Shown here piece after piece: positions 21,541 to 34,460 of a stretch of DNA of 64,000 bases. The stretch spans positions 79,360,001 through 79,424,000 of the forward strand of contig NC_087443.1 of assembly GCF_036321535.1 (NCBI RefSeq), written 5' to 3'. The notes under the pieces were generated by a model. The model was not told the origin of the DNA. It made no database searches and was given only the letters and a program-made list of their open reading frames with translations. The DNA is from Camelus dromedarius. Its lineage: Eukaryota. Each line of letters begins with the position of its first letter. Within the stretch, counting starts at the first letter, position 1. Made by a program: the position numbers and the translations under genes.

Positions 21541-22999
21541 CAGAATGTTTTTGCAATGAAACACTTTCTTTCCACCCTGCTCTGTTACACATATTCTGAA
21601 TACTTCAGAAAAAGATGTGATTTAATATAAGGTGAATTGATTCCATAGTCAACTCTTGATTATTCATGCTTAGAGAATAAATGTTACACATAGATAGTGA
21701 CTTTTAGTCAATAAGTTTACCCTTTTTCCTCAAGTGACATTAAATTAACTTGAATCATGCCTCTCACAAGGAATTATGAAGGTCCATAAGGAAGAGTCAT
21801 TTAATCAAGATTTCTCTGTGGCTATGAAAGAAACACCCCAGAAACCTTTGGGCTGCCAGGTGTTATTCAAAATCACTTTAACCTGAATTCCTGCCAAGCT
21901 CAAAGACTCACATCAAAAATAACAGTCCAAATTCTAGTTATGTATTTTCCATGTACAAGGACTTCCCCCAAGTTCACATTTTCCTAATTCACACATTTTA
22001 GGATGAAAATTAGAAAATAGTCCATTATATTGTTAAGAAGATACATCTGTTATCTCTTCTGTATTTTAGTGTTACTGCTATTCACTTTCAATGCTAATAA
22101 TTATTCTCTTAAGGTGCCTGTTTGTATGGGAATGTCTGTGTGCATATCAGTGTGTGTGTGTTTAATAGTAATGTTACCTCTGGGAAAAAGTCAAGGAAGA
22201 TTAATAGGGTGTAAAATTTCAGACAACAGCAGGATATTAGAAGAAAATAGGAGAATAATTATGTGAGTATATGAACAATACGTTTCAAGCTTATTATTTT
22301 CCATTTGTTGTATCCATAATTTATATCTTTAATAAACTTCAGCATTTTCTCCAAAGTACATCACAGTTGTCTTTATTATCTGAATAACAGGAAGACTCAT
22401 TATGCAGTGTAATTATATTGTATAAACAAACTTCTACTCACTGTTAGGAAGTTATTTATGAGCATGTAACACTGAAAAAATTTCAACAATGTTAAATCCT
22501 GTGGGTTGTAGAGTTTAATCCTATTTAATTCTCTTTGGTTCTGCTGCTGTTACCCATCTCTAGAAAGCATGATGGGTATTATATTTAAGAAACCTGTGTT
22601 GAGACATAGTTAAACTACAGAAAGGATTCATACACAGCCCAGAATTTCAAGTGTCATGAAATACAGAAATTTTAACTAAACATGTGATTCTGAGGTTTTC
22701 AATAAGAGACACAGTATTGACTGATATTCTAATTTTATTAACAATTGAATTTATATTGTCTCTTAGTCAAGGTTTACAAAACAAATGTGTCTTACTGTCA
22801 AGTATTTAACTGTTTTACACAAAATAAATTTTAAAGAAAATTATTACAGGCATCTTTTTTTCTTTCTATAATGGCCTTGCATGCAGATTAAATTAAATTA
22901 GAACTACATCAGGTAGATTTCCTGGTAGCCAAAGCAGTGGAGACTACGTACTTCAATATAAATCTCTTTACACATCTGCCGCAGACTTCACCAGTCAAC

Positions 23000-25900
23000 A
23001 AACAGAGTAAATAAAACCACATAAATCCCATGCTTTCTTCAAAAATAAAAAGCAGAGAACACTGGATACTGCTAATTAATGTGAAAAACAAACATCAAGA
23101 TCCAGCAGAATGGCTTTTCAAATGTCTACCCAAATGTTTGCCAAGAGAACTGGTAGAAGCTCTGAAAAAGCTGCACAAGAAAGAATGGAAGGCACTGAGA
23201 TAAATTACCCTGAAAGATAGAAAGTACACTGTAAAAGTGAAAATATTGAAAAAGAGTCTTTGCCAATGAAAGCACTGGCCAGCATAAAAGTGGGCATGGG
23301 ACCTGTATAGACAGCTTGAAAAGTTATGTTTCTGAAGGAAAAAGGACAACAGGGAAGAGACTCTGGAGATTGGGTAATGGGGAAAAAAAGGGAGGAAATT
23401 TAAAATTCTGCAAGACAAATAAAATAAAAATAAAATCAAAGTGTGCACACCCTCTCCAAAAAGAAGCCATCCATCAAAGAAACTGTACTACACATTAGAA
23501 CATGCTCTTGTAATCATCCCAAACCACTGTGTCTATGGATGGTAGGAACATAGGAAATCTTCATTTACAAAGCTCCTTTAAGAATAAATCACAAAATTAA
23601 AGTCAAAACACTTTAACTGATAACAATTCTCCTCCTCTCCACTTCAAATAACCATAAACCAGAATAAAGATGTAAAAACAAACAAACAAACCTAAATTAA
23701 ATTAAACATTATTAAACAGGAACCCAGGGATATGAAAAACCATAACAAAGCAAAAAATTCTACATCTATGAAAAGAAGACATAAATCAAGAGTGGATTGA
23801 ATTTGGAAAAGAAATACAAGACAAAGACAATTATCATCTCACAAATGATAACAATGTATCATGGTACCCAAGAGAGTATATATATTTGAATAAAAATTTA
23901 ATAATGAGTACTCATGAAGATAAAAGTAGAAAATACAGAAGAAAAAATGAGGTTAAAAAAGAGGAAGAGAAGGACAAATGTTTAGAGGAAAAGTGATTGA
24001 AATGTCAGACAGGCAAAGAAGACCTGACATGTGTTTAATTGGTGCCCCTAAAGTTGGAAAGCAAGTATGAAACAGAACTGTTATTTAAAACTATAATCCA
24101 GTTAACCTTTCTGAAAATAAAAAGAAGACCTGATTCTACATAATGAAAGAGGTCCATGGGTGTCTAGGAGATTGACCCACAATGATGAACTCTGAGACAT
24201 ACCTAAGTAAAATGATTAGATTTTTTAAAGGTAAAGAAAATATTCAAAGTCTCTCCAAACAAAAAGATCAAACAAAAAAAATCAACTAGCATCAGGCTTC
24301 TAAAAAAATAGATAAAGCAAAGCAAAATTGAGCACCATTTTCAAGAATGTCAAGGAAAGAAATTATGAGCCAAGGATTTGCTCTAGAGAGTGAATTGTAT
24401 CCTATCAAGAGAAGATTAGGGAAATAGAAGGAAAAGAACTGATTGTGAACATTTAACTATAGATGTAAGAGTAAAACAAAGGTGGAGGAATAATATCCAG
24501 ATACAATGTTTTGATGAAGTAAAAACAATGCAACTAAAAATGAGGGCACAAGGAAGAGGGAAAGAGAAAAATAGAATAAATTCATTTTAAACCATACAGA
24601 CACCATGTGGGGGTCAAAGGATACTATTAAAAACAACAACCAGATAGCAAATGCTTACAAAAGTAGGGAGCTAAGTACATTAAAGCAAGCACTCAAACAA
24701 AAATACAGGCTCTCTTAAAGTACATTCTGTAGAGAAGAAAACACAGCACATATTACATAATAACCATAGAAATTATAATATATAATATAACAAAGTTGAG
24801 ACCAAGCACATCAGTAAACACAAATAGACGTAACTCACCTATTAAAAAATGATTTTTAATTTTTCTCACAGAGCAAGACCCAACCTAATGATGTATATAA
24901 ATAACTCATCTAAAAGCACACTTGGAGCCCTGTGATTTAGGAAGACTATCATGAAGGGAAAGACAAAAGAATACTAGGCAAACGGAAGAAATAAGAAATC
25001 AGGGTTTGCATCCCTTATGTTAGAAAAAAAGTAGAATTCAAGCTAAAAAATTACATGTGACAAAGAAGTATACTTTCAAGTGTTAAAAACCATAATTAAT
25101 AATAGAGTTATAAAAAAAGTATGCCTGTGCACAGAAATATAGAGAAATTATTTTTATAAAGCCTATACTATATGTAAGGAGTTATAGAAAGAAAGATTAA
25201 TAGCAAGAGACTAAGATACTACTCTCAGTGCAGGTCAGATCCAGAGGATCAAATAAAACAAATAAGTCTCTAAAATGATGCATCTTGTGGAAATATAGCA
25301 AACTTTATAAATAAAAATAGAGAATACTCCTTCTGAAGTGCATAGGGAATATTTGTGTTTGAGACTGAATGGTCCCCCTGCCACCAATTTCCTATGTTGA
25401 AGCCCTACCACTAACGTGACTGCATTTGGAGGTAGGACCTTTATGGATGTAATGAAGGTTACATAAAGTCATAGGGGTGGGGCCCTAAGCCGATACAATT
25501 AGTGTCCTGACAGGAAGAGACACCAAGTATATACTAACGCTAAAGACACATAAACCCTGTGATCTGGAAATTGCACTGCTGGAGGAATGAGTGCAAATGT
25601 TCAAGAAGAGACATGTATAAAAATGTTTAAGGCCTCACTATTCATAATAGTTAAAAACTGGAACAACCTAAATGTCCATCAAGAAAAAAAAATAGATAAA
25701 TTGTAAATCCACACAGTGGAATTCTGCACAATAAGGAAAAAGATTGATTTACGGATTCAGGCAACAGCACGCATGGAATCTCACAGACATAATTTTGAGA
25801 GAAAGAAGCCAGGCGTAAAGGAGTGTATATTCTAAAATTCCTTTTCTATGAAGTTCAAAACCAGAGAAAAGTATTCCGGAGTAATAAAAGAATAGTAATT

Positions 25901-26780
25901 TCCTCTGGGGATCAGCAACTGGGAGGGGGTTTGTGGGAGCAATTTTGGTTAGTATAAATACTCTAGATTTTATTCTGGGTCTTAGTTACTTATAAAAATA
26001 TATCAAGCTATATACACTTAAGATTTGTGCACATAACTGTGTAAGTAACATTCAATTTTTAAAAAGGCAAAAGAAGAAGTTTTATGGATTTAAAAAATGA
26101 GGGCAAAATAAGGACATTTTCAGACAAATAAAAACTGAGGGATTCTATCACCTGCAGAACTTCATAATAAATAATGCTGAAGAGATTTCTTCAGGTTGAA
26201 GGAAAAGAATGTTGATGGAAGCAATGACCTGCAAGAAGGAAGTGAGAGCTTCCAAAAGGGTAAACGCTGGGTAAATGTACGTGAACGTTGCCTGTTGAAA
26301 GCAGCGTCCACTGTGATGTCTCGCGGCATTTAGAACATGGGTAGAAGGAAAATGGATGACACGAAACACACAAAGGTGAGGCGAGAGGAAATCGAAGTCA
26401 AATGCAGTACAGTATTGATCATCCAGGAAGCGTTAAAAGTACTGAATTACGGTGGGTCGTAATACATGAATGAAGCATAATGTGATCTGCAGTGTAACCA
26501 TTATAAAATAACAAAAGAGTTTATAACTAAAAATCTAATAGAGGGCAAAATACTTAACGTTGATGTGTCCGGAAATAAAGGTATATGTGTATTATCCAGG
26601 GTTGTGAAGGTAATTCTGGAAAGAGCTAGAACAGAAACCATCACAAGAGCTGCCCACTGGAAAGTGAGACACTGGTGGAGGAGGTGGGGAGACAGAGGCT
26701 TTTTTTCTTGAAGTTTGTGAATACTCTGTAACTCTGGACTATATATATATATATATTTGTAACACTTTGATAAAAGTGAA
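23000..26780 (+). mobile_element. Composite of very old L1 fragments (5'/ORF1, endonuclease region, 3' ends)
   Basis: A-rich ORF1-like text at 23800-24400; endonuclease-region blocks at 24830-25340 (aactcacctatt, gtagaattcaagc); L1ME-like 3' ends at 25560-26080 and 26580-26780. All frames broken. Confidence 0.7.
25355..25530 (+). mobile_element. MaLR LTR 5' part (MLT1A-C type) inserted in old L1
   Basis: gactgaatggtcccc...tatgttgaagcccta...gtgactgcatttggaggtaggaccttta...aaagtcataggggtggggcccta. Confidence 0.8.
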
Positions 26781-27689
26781 AATTAATTTTGTTCAAAGGA
26801 CTGGAGTTGGATTGTTGGATAAATGACTACCCAAACCAAAATTTGGATTCCACAGTCATTCTTGAGGACGTGGGGTTATTCCAGGACTGTGAGCTGCCTT
26901 TGCAGGCATTGGGTTTGAACCCTTCCATTCTATGCGACCAAGGAGCCTGAGGCAGCAGAGAAAGGAGGGACTAGAAGATGCTTGTGTCAGCCAGACTGCT
27001 CTCTGCCATCAAAGTGGGAACCAGGAGATAGCTGGAGTGACATTAAACAGTCATGATTTGCGGGGAAAGGTCTCACCTCCAGTGGGTAGAAATTCCCCGG
27101 CAAGCTGAGAGAGCTGAGTGGGAGGCCAGCATGAGTGGCAGACCCGGGCATCAGTGCCTAGTAGGGGAGAATCGCCCTAGGCGAGATCTTGCCCAGAGAA
27201 GCCAAGCAACAGGAAGAACATTCAGCCCGTAATACAATCTTAATTAAACAGAAGCAGAGTCTGTCGAAGTCTGAGAGTTGGGCATTATTTATCCATGAGG
27301 GGCAGAGAGGAGGACTGTGTTATCCTCCCTAGTTTCAGGAGTATTTCTAAGTGAACAAAAAGTCTCTTTCCAGTTGAATGCAACACGGAGTTTTAAACCG
27401 GCAAATGTGTCATTCCAATTGCGGTTTCAGGAACATTGAGGTCCTTCAGGTCCACTGAGGTTCCTATTTACTTCACTGTAGGAATTTTAGTTTCAGCTGA
27501 AATAACTCCAATAACTCCAGCAAAACACCTCTACACATGACTTTATTTCACAATGCTGCTGCTGCTGCTGATTTTGCTGGGATTTCACTTGGAAGGACCA
27601 TTCCGGTCTTCAGGGATTCTGAAATGATATATGGGGTAGCAGCAGCAGGTGCATGATATAATGGAAAGATGGGGGACTCGTTACTTCAT

Positions 27690-27850
27690 AGGCGTGTGGC
27701 CAGCCTTGACTCCGACCCAAAGGGGCATGACAGTCTTGGGTAAAGCCCTTAAACCCTCACATATCAGTTTCCTTTTTGTAAAAGAGGATCATAACTCTTC
27801 CCCAACCCATATGATAGGTTGATGTGTGGAGAGCCTTCAAAATTGGATAG
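27690..27850 (+). mobile_element. MIR SINE
   Basis: gtcttgggtaaagcccttaaaccctcacatatcagtttcctttttgtaaaagaggatcataac. Confidence 0.55.
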
Positions 27851-30434
27851 CGATGTGACTACACTTCTTAGAATTTAAAACACTCATAATATGAGGTTGC
27901 AGTTGTTCTTAATCATGTCCATGATGATTCAAAGTGTGCATGTCAATATCCTAATACATTTCATTATCCCTACTCATTGAAATAGCCAAACTAGAGCAAT
28001 ACCCAAAGATGGTTAAAAGATGCTCCAAGTTTGCTTTTGTGCTACTAGCTTCTTGCAAAAGAATCATCCAGAAACTTGAGAAATCTCATTCATTGATTTA
28101 CTAAATGACAAGCCTAAGGATTAGGAATAGCAAGAGACTTGACTGGGTGTGAGTGACGCCTGTATATGAATATGGTGCCTATCTTCCTGCGCTGAAGTGG
28201 ATCTACCTGCAATCCATAGCTAAGCCAGGCAGGAATCAAACCCTTCTTATGACTGACAGAGTTTGACTTTTAGGAATGTCCCACATCCCTAAGAGTGGAC
28301 CTAATCTATTAGAAAATAAGGCTGCTCTAGCTCTCCTTTTAAAACTGACATACCGGACACCAAGGGCAACACATTCGTTGAAAATCAAAGAGAATCCCTT
28401 GTTGCCCCAGTGACTGAGGCACATATGTCCTAAAGAGGTCACTCCTTTAGGAACTTTGAATACAGCCTGCCCAAGATACGGGCTTTTTAGAATCTAGCTG
28501 AATGCTGGATTTATATGCTTTTGTCCTTTTATCACCTGACAATCAGAACACAAATCATATTCTGGGATGATCTACAAGGAACATTCCACTGGAAAGAGCT
28601 TCATTTGTGCCTCCTTAAACAAAACCCACTCCGAAATCTGTCCTTTTTCCTTCACAGAGGAGCCACGGGGCAGCACTGTGCGTATATATCAGAATGAGGG
28701 GGCATTCCATCACCAAGTGAATTGCTCCTCCCAGGGTCTATTATGCCATCCATCACCAAAGCAAGTTGTTGGTCTAATGATATATTAGTGTGATAATCTG
28801 CACAGGACACACCGATGATGTATTACCCAAAAGATGGCCCCACTTATGGAAGTGAGACTCCAGGAAGAGCCTGTGTAGCCTGGAAGGCGACTGGAAGGCT
28901 TCCACCTAGTCTACAATCAGTCAGCAAGCACCACACAGTGGAAGGCACTTTCCTAGGAGCAGAGAGAAATACTGTTTTTAAATTAAATCTCCTGTCATCT
29001 TTGTAATAAATCTGCAGCCCAATTTGACCTTGGTGTCTTTGGCTAATTCTAATTCGCAGGCACCATCTTGGTCAAGGTGAGGAATGTGGAATATTGCTCT
29101 GGGGAGTTTCTGAATCAGAAGATATCTGAGCTCTTTGCTGCATGTCTCTTTCTTACAGAGGCTGTGGTGCAGAATACCTTAGAGGTTTTTCAATTAGGTT
29201 GGAATAATTGAAATCACCTATAATGATAATCCTATTGAACACATACTTGGCCTTCTCATATGGTGTTTCATTGCCTCCTCTGCTCTATAAAAATAGATTT
29301 ATCTTCCTCCCTGTTTCTCTTCCCTCAAAATGTTTCATGTTATTAAAAACAGAAGATTGCTTGTCAAATGTTTTATATGCCATGTTTGTGAGGCCATCAA
29401 TCATCTTACCTGCTCTGTGTGCGTATGTGCACCTCATTAGCTAAACTCTACTCATCATGCTCATAGAAAAAAAATGCCGCTAATTGGATTAACAGATGTA
29501 CAAAAACTAATTAAAACATAGCATTGACATCATAATAACTGCACTTGGTAAAAGAATAATAGGAGCATCACAGTAAGTGAAAAATTCACCCTACAAATTA
29601 TTCTCTATGGACATAATTGCTCTTGTGTTAGAGATGAGTTCTTTAGGCAACACTTACCATGGTGAAGGCATTTATCTGGTTTGGCATTGAATTAGGAATA
29701 TAACTGTCATAAAGGAAGCATAGCACAAAAGGTCAGGTCATAGAGAAGAGCAGCATATTGGTCCAGTAGATCTCAGCATGCTTCTGTGGGAGAGGCTGGT
29801 CTGTACCATCTCTCTCCAAGCCTCAGTCTCTACCTCCAAGTGCATATGTAACAAACCCCCTTGACTGCATTTGAGTCCAGAGGATCCCTATGCTGTGTGC
29901 TGGGTTCTAAGGATAACATGCCAGAATGGCTGATTTACCGGATGGTGCTTTGGGTTGGTGACCACAGAGAATGCTCTACATGAGTTTACTTCGGGTAATC
30001 ACAGAGCTGCCCTTTCTTGCTGCAGTTTGTCTGTGAGGGGCACTCTAGTTAAACAGAACTATGGTATCAGTCAGATGGTGCTCCTGGATCATTGATATCA
30101 TCTGCTTCTTCCTATCCAGCCTCCTTTTCCTTTGCTGCCTCAGATTCTGCTCCTTGTTTTCTCAGCTCCCAAATGACCTCACTCCAATGTTGTGCATGGC
30201 TGGTCCTATTCCATGCTCCTTGTCACATCTAGTCTGTGAATAAAGCAGAGATTGAGAAAGGAGGGAACAGATACATGAACGTCCACTGCATCTGTGAATT
30301 CAGGACTTCCCTGGCAATCTGACATGGAACACTGGGTGAGCCCCAGCTTTTTTGCTAATATAACATGACAGCAGTGTTGATGGTGATGATCATGGTGATC
30401 ATGGTAAAAACAGGGAAGTGAACCACAGTATACT

Positions 30435-30660
30435 TCTAATAAAGGAAATCAAATCACGCATTCAGAGAATAATTCATTTTGGTGAAGCAAGATTTACCCC
30501 CAGGAAGTCAAGGATGGCTCAAGCACAGACCACAAATCGATTGTAAAACATAATAGGAAAAGATCTACTTGTGCAATGCTAGTCTGTGGCATCATAAGTT
30601 GGTACAGTCCTTGTCAAAAGTCACTGAGCAACATACATTTAGAGGCATAAAAATATGCAT
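30435..30660 (+). mobile_element. Old L1 ORF2 fragments (reverse-transcriptase region and 3' part)
   Basis: aaatcacgcattcagagaataattcattttggtgaagcaagatttacccccaggaagtcaaggatggctc resembles the L1 RT motif [24 protein letters not shown]. Confidence 0.55.
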
Positions 30661-31288
30661 GGACTTTGCCCATTAGCCTCACTTCTGAGAATTTCACCTA
30701 AGAGACTCATTCAAAGACAGACACCATAATCTCTTCCCTCTTTCTATAGCCCTGATTTGGTGCTTTTGTCCACAGTGCTAGCTTCGGCTTTACCCTAAAG
30801 CTGCCAACTCTGGAGTAGACATCTCCAGCTTTGTCTTCAGGGCCAGTTCCAAACTCATAAATGACTGAGCACTTTCCATACGGATGGACTTTTTCCACAA
30901 AAACAGTATTTCCAAAATGAATGCCTGACAACCATTCCTCCTTAGGCTGACCAGGCTGCAACCTCAGAACCTGGTTTACTCCCTCCCTTGCAGTACTTTC
31001 AAAGTTCATCAGCAACAAAGCCACCTGTCCCACAGCCCCGCCTCCCCCAGGCCCTTCTCTTCCTGCCTGGACCACAGGAGAGGCCCTGAAGCTCCCAGCC
31101 TCCTATCCCAACCATGGCAATCAGCTCTCCACGTGCCTTTTTCTTAAAGCACAAGGTATGAGATTCCTCTTTCTACCCTAAACTATCACTCTCACTTTTC
31201 CCTTTATGTAATTTCTATACAAAATATCCGCATTTCTTGATGTGGCCCCTAATCGCCCTTTTCAACCACTTTTCTACTATATCCCTCC

Positions 31289-31695
31289 TGTATTAGTTTG
31301 TTGGGGCTCCTGTAACAAAGTACCACAACTAGGGGGCTTAGAAAACAGAAATTTATTGTCTCACAGTTCTGGAGGCCAGAAGCCCAAATCAAGGTGTCAG
31401 AAGAACTGGTTCCTTGTGAGGCTGAGAGAGATGACTTGGTCTGTCTCCTTAGCTTGTACATGTTTGTCTTCAAGTTCACACAGCATTCTCTCTGTATGCG
31501 CATCTGTGTACAAATTTCCTCTTTTATAAAGGCACTTGTCATATTGAATTAGGAATGTACCCTACTCCAGTATGACCTTATCTGAACTAATTACAACTAC
31601 AGTGAGCTTATTTTCAAATAAGGTTATATTCTGAGATATGAGGAGTTAGGACTTCAACACGTGAACTTTTGTGGGACACAATTTAATACATAACA
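31289..31695 (-). mobile_element. Complete MaLR solo LTR (MLT1A-C type), 407 bp, with 5-bp TSD
   Basis: tgtattagttt...cataaca termini. Flanks cctcc (31284-31288) and ccttc (31696-31700) match 4/5, as expected for an aged MaLR 5-bp TSD. Confidence 0.9.
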
Positions 31696-31699
31696 CCTT

Positions 31700-32718
31700 C
31701 TCAAACAATTTTAATTTTAAAATTCTATCGAACCAAAACTATACAATGGGGAAAGGATCATCTCTTCAACATATGATGTTGAGAAAACTGGATCTCCACA
31801 TGCAAAAGAATGTTTCATTCCTTTCTATTTATAAAGAACTCCTACAACCTAACAACAAAAATAACCTGATTTAAAAATGGTCCAAGGACTTAAATAAACA
31901 TATCTTCAAAGAAGACATACAAATGGCCAACAGACGTATGAAAAGATATTTCTTGTTACTAATTATTTGGTAAATGCAAATCAAAACTACAATAAGATAT
32001 CATTTCTCGCCAGTTCAAATGGTCACTATTAGAAAAAAAACCAAACTAACGTGCTGTCAAGAATATGGAGAAATTAGAATACTTGAGTATTTATGGTAGG
32101 AATGTAAAATGGTACAGCTGCTAAGGAAAACGGTATGGGAGTTCCTCAAAAACTTGTCATACCATCCAGCAATATCACTTCTTGGTATTCACAGAAAATA
32201 ATTAAAAACAGGGTTTCAAAGAGATATGTGCACACCTATGTTCATTGTGACATTATTCACAATAGCAGGAGGTGGAAGAAACCTAACTGACCACTGATAA
32301 ATGAATGGATAAAGAAAATGTGGTCTGTGTATATATATATACATTCAATGGCATATTATTCATCCTTAAAAAAACTAAGGAATTCCTGTCATAGAGTACA
32401 ATGTGGAGGAACATGGAAGATGCTAAATGAAGTACCCAGTCACAAAAAGACAGATATTGAATGCATCCCCTTACGTGAGGCACCTGGAATAGTCTAACTC
32501 ACAGAAACAGAAAGTGGAATGTAGTTATCGGAGGTTGGGTCAAGGGAGGTTGAGAGTTGTTCAGTGGGTATTGAGTTTGTTTTGTAAGATGAGAAAGTTC
32601 TAGAGATTTGCTGCACAACAACGTGCATATATAGTTAACACTACTGTAGTGTGTATTTAAAAACCGTTAAAATGGTAAATTTTATGTAATGTGTTTTTTA
32701 CCATAATTAAAAAAAAAC
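31700..32718 (+). mobile_element. L1MA/MB-type ORF2 end and 3' UTR, with an internal deletion near 31810
   Basis: caatggggaaaggatcatctcttcaac...aaagaagacatacaaatggccaacag...gataaatgaatggataaagaaaatgtgg...ttaaaatggtaaattttatg...attaaaaaaaaa. Confidence 0.85.
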
Positions 32719-33679
32719 AAACAAACCCAAACAACCCTATTGAACCAAGCCCCTCCACGGGTACACTGAACCTGCTTGCTGAGAGATGTTTGCTTGTGGC
32801 AAAGTCCCACTGGGTGTGTCAGATCCCTAACAAGCAACCCTTCCCCTGCTGAGGACTAACCAAGGTAACATAGCACATCATTTCATTGGAAGAATATTCA
32901 AACCAATGACTTAGGTCGTATCTCCTCCGCCCAAGTGAGAACCCAGTAATGTCGAGGGGTAAGTGTTCCCAAATATTCCATAGGTAGAATGTTAAAACAG
33001 TTTTTTTCAGCTTTCCCCAAATCCAGTACTTTTCTTTCCTGTGCCTTGGCAGTCCCCATATCCCAAAGGGACGGAACGAAATTTTTCTGACCGGAGATTA
33101 CATACTGGTCTTATCTCACTCTTTAAGACACTGATGTGTAAAATCAGCAGCAAATTCTACATGGCTTTGATAATCTCTATAGTCACCTAAGTTGTATGTA
33201 CTGGTGGGCCAGATCCCATCAGAAGGAACTGGTATACGTGGTGGTACTCCACAGACATTACTGGGGGCAACAGAGACAAGAAAACTTAATCAGCAAATGT
33301 CTCCTGGTATCACTCTGCTTTAATGTCATAAAAGGAAGGGGGAAGATGGCCAGACAAATTAATTTAAGAGCTGTCTGAGTTCACTGCTAAGTACCTTTAG
33401 TGTTACATATGACTAATAGTAATCCTTTACAAAGTCCTTCTCTGACTTTCTAATCGGAGAATTGCCACTTCCTCTGTACTGCCTTGAGAAATTATTTGAT
33501 TAGCTTTTTACTGTAGTTTGCCTCATACCTGTCTCCCAGAAAGGCCACAAACACCTTCAGAGAGGAGAACTAGCTACCAGTACGTTCACTCAAAACAGAA
33601 CGACTCAGCACCTCCACGTGCCAAGCATCACTCCTGGGATTATGACCATGACGGGCGATGAGCGCAGGAGGTGGGCTTT

Positions 33680-34115
33680 GAGCATCCACGCCCACTTCTA
33701 TGCGGTGTGCCTTTCTTCGCTGCAGAGGCCGGGGAAGGTAGAACTAGCATTTTACAGCCTCTCTGGCAGCTTGGAACTTGGATGCAAATCAGGGCCCAGC
33801 AATTAGATGCACTCCCAGGAGACGTGGGAAGCAAAAGGTGTGTGGAGACCATTGTTGATTCTGCTTTTTGGCCATTCCTGTGGGGAGGCCAGGTTGCGGA
33901 GATGTGGGTCTTAAGAGGTGGGGACCACAGTAGCCTTCTTGGCTTTTGGGGGTATTCTCTTCTTATGAAGAGTGGTTCCTGTGACAATGTCTAATTCCTC
34001 ATCTGTCAGCCTTCAGCCTTTACACGTAGTTGTGTAGGCGTCTACTTCCCTGTACTAAATTTTCTTCTTAAAATATCTAGAGTGCTTTTGGTTCCCTGCA
34101 CTGGACCCTGACATT
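33680..34115 (+). mobile_element. ERVL-class LTR (LTR33/LTR16-like)
   Basis: ggtagaactagcattttacagcctctctggcagc...caattagatgcact...ttaaaatatctagagtgcttttggttccctgcactggaccctgac. Confidence 0.6.
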
Positions 34116-34169
34116 CACGAATGGTAAATCAGACTTGGTTTCACCCTCTCAGAATCTGTGGTCAGACGT

Positions 34170-34460
34170 GAGAGGTTAAAATACGAGAAATACCTAAGTA
34201 CCCACCAATGGGGGAGTGTTTCAGGAATTATGGTGTATTAACTCTAAGGAAATAACTTACGAGGTATTTTACTGACATTAAAATTCATAAAAGTGAAGAG
34301 AAAGCATAAAACATATTTTGCTTGCTAAATAATATTTCAATACATCAAAACATAAAAATGCTTATCATGATTACATACCTCTACTAAGTTTTCCATATGG
34401 ATAAATATTATTAGTGAACAGAAAAATAAAATAATTATTTTTGAACTGTGGGAATATAAG
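34170..34460 (+). mobile_element. L1ME-like 3' fragment
   Basis: cctaagtacccaccaatgggggagtg...attatggtgtattaactctaaggaaat, in A-rich degraded context. Confidence 0.45.

Noticed and set aside
27553-27627. Signal-peptide-like mini-ORF MLLLLLILLGFHLEGPFRSSGILK
   Set aside because: The leucine run is just a (CTG)5 repeat; the ORF stops after 24 codons with no donor.
30707-31075. 122-aa minus-strand ORF
   Set aside because: No recognisable homology; partly overlaps L2-like degraded sequence; no splice support.
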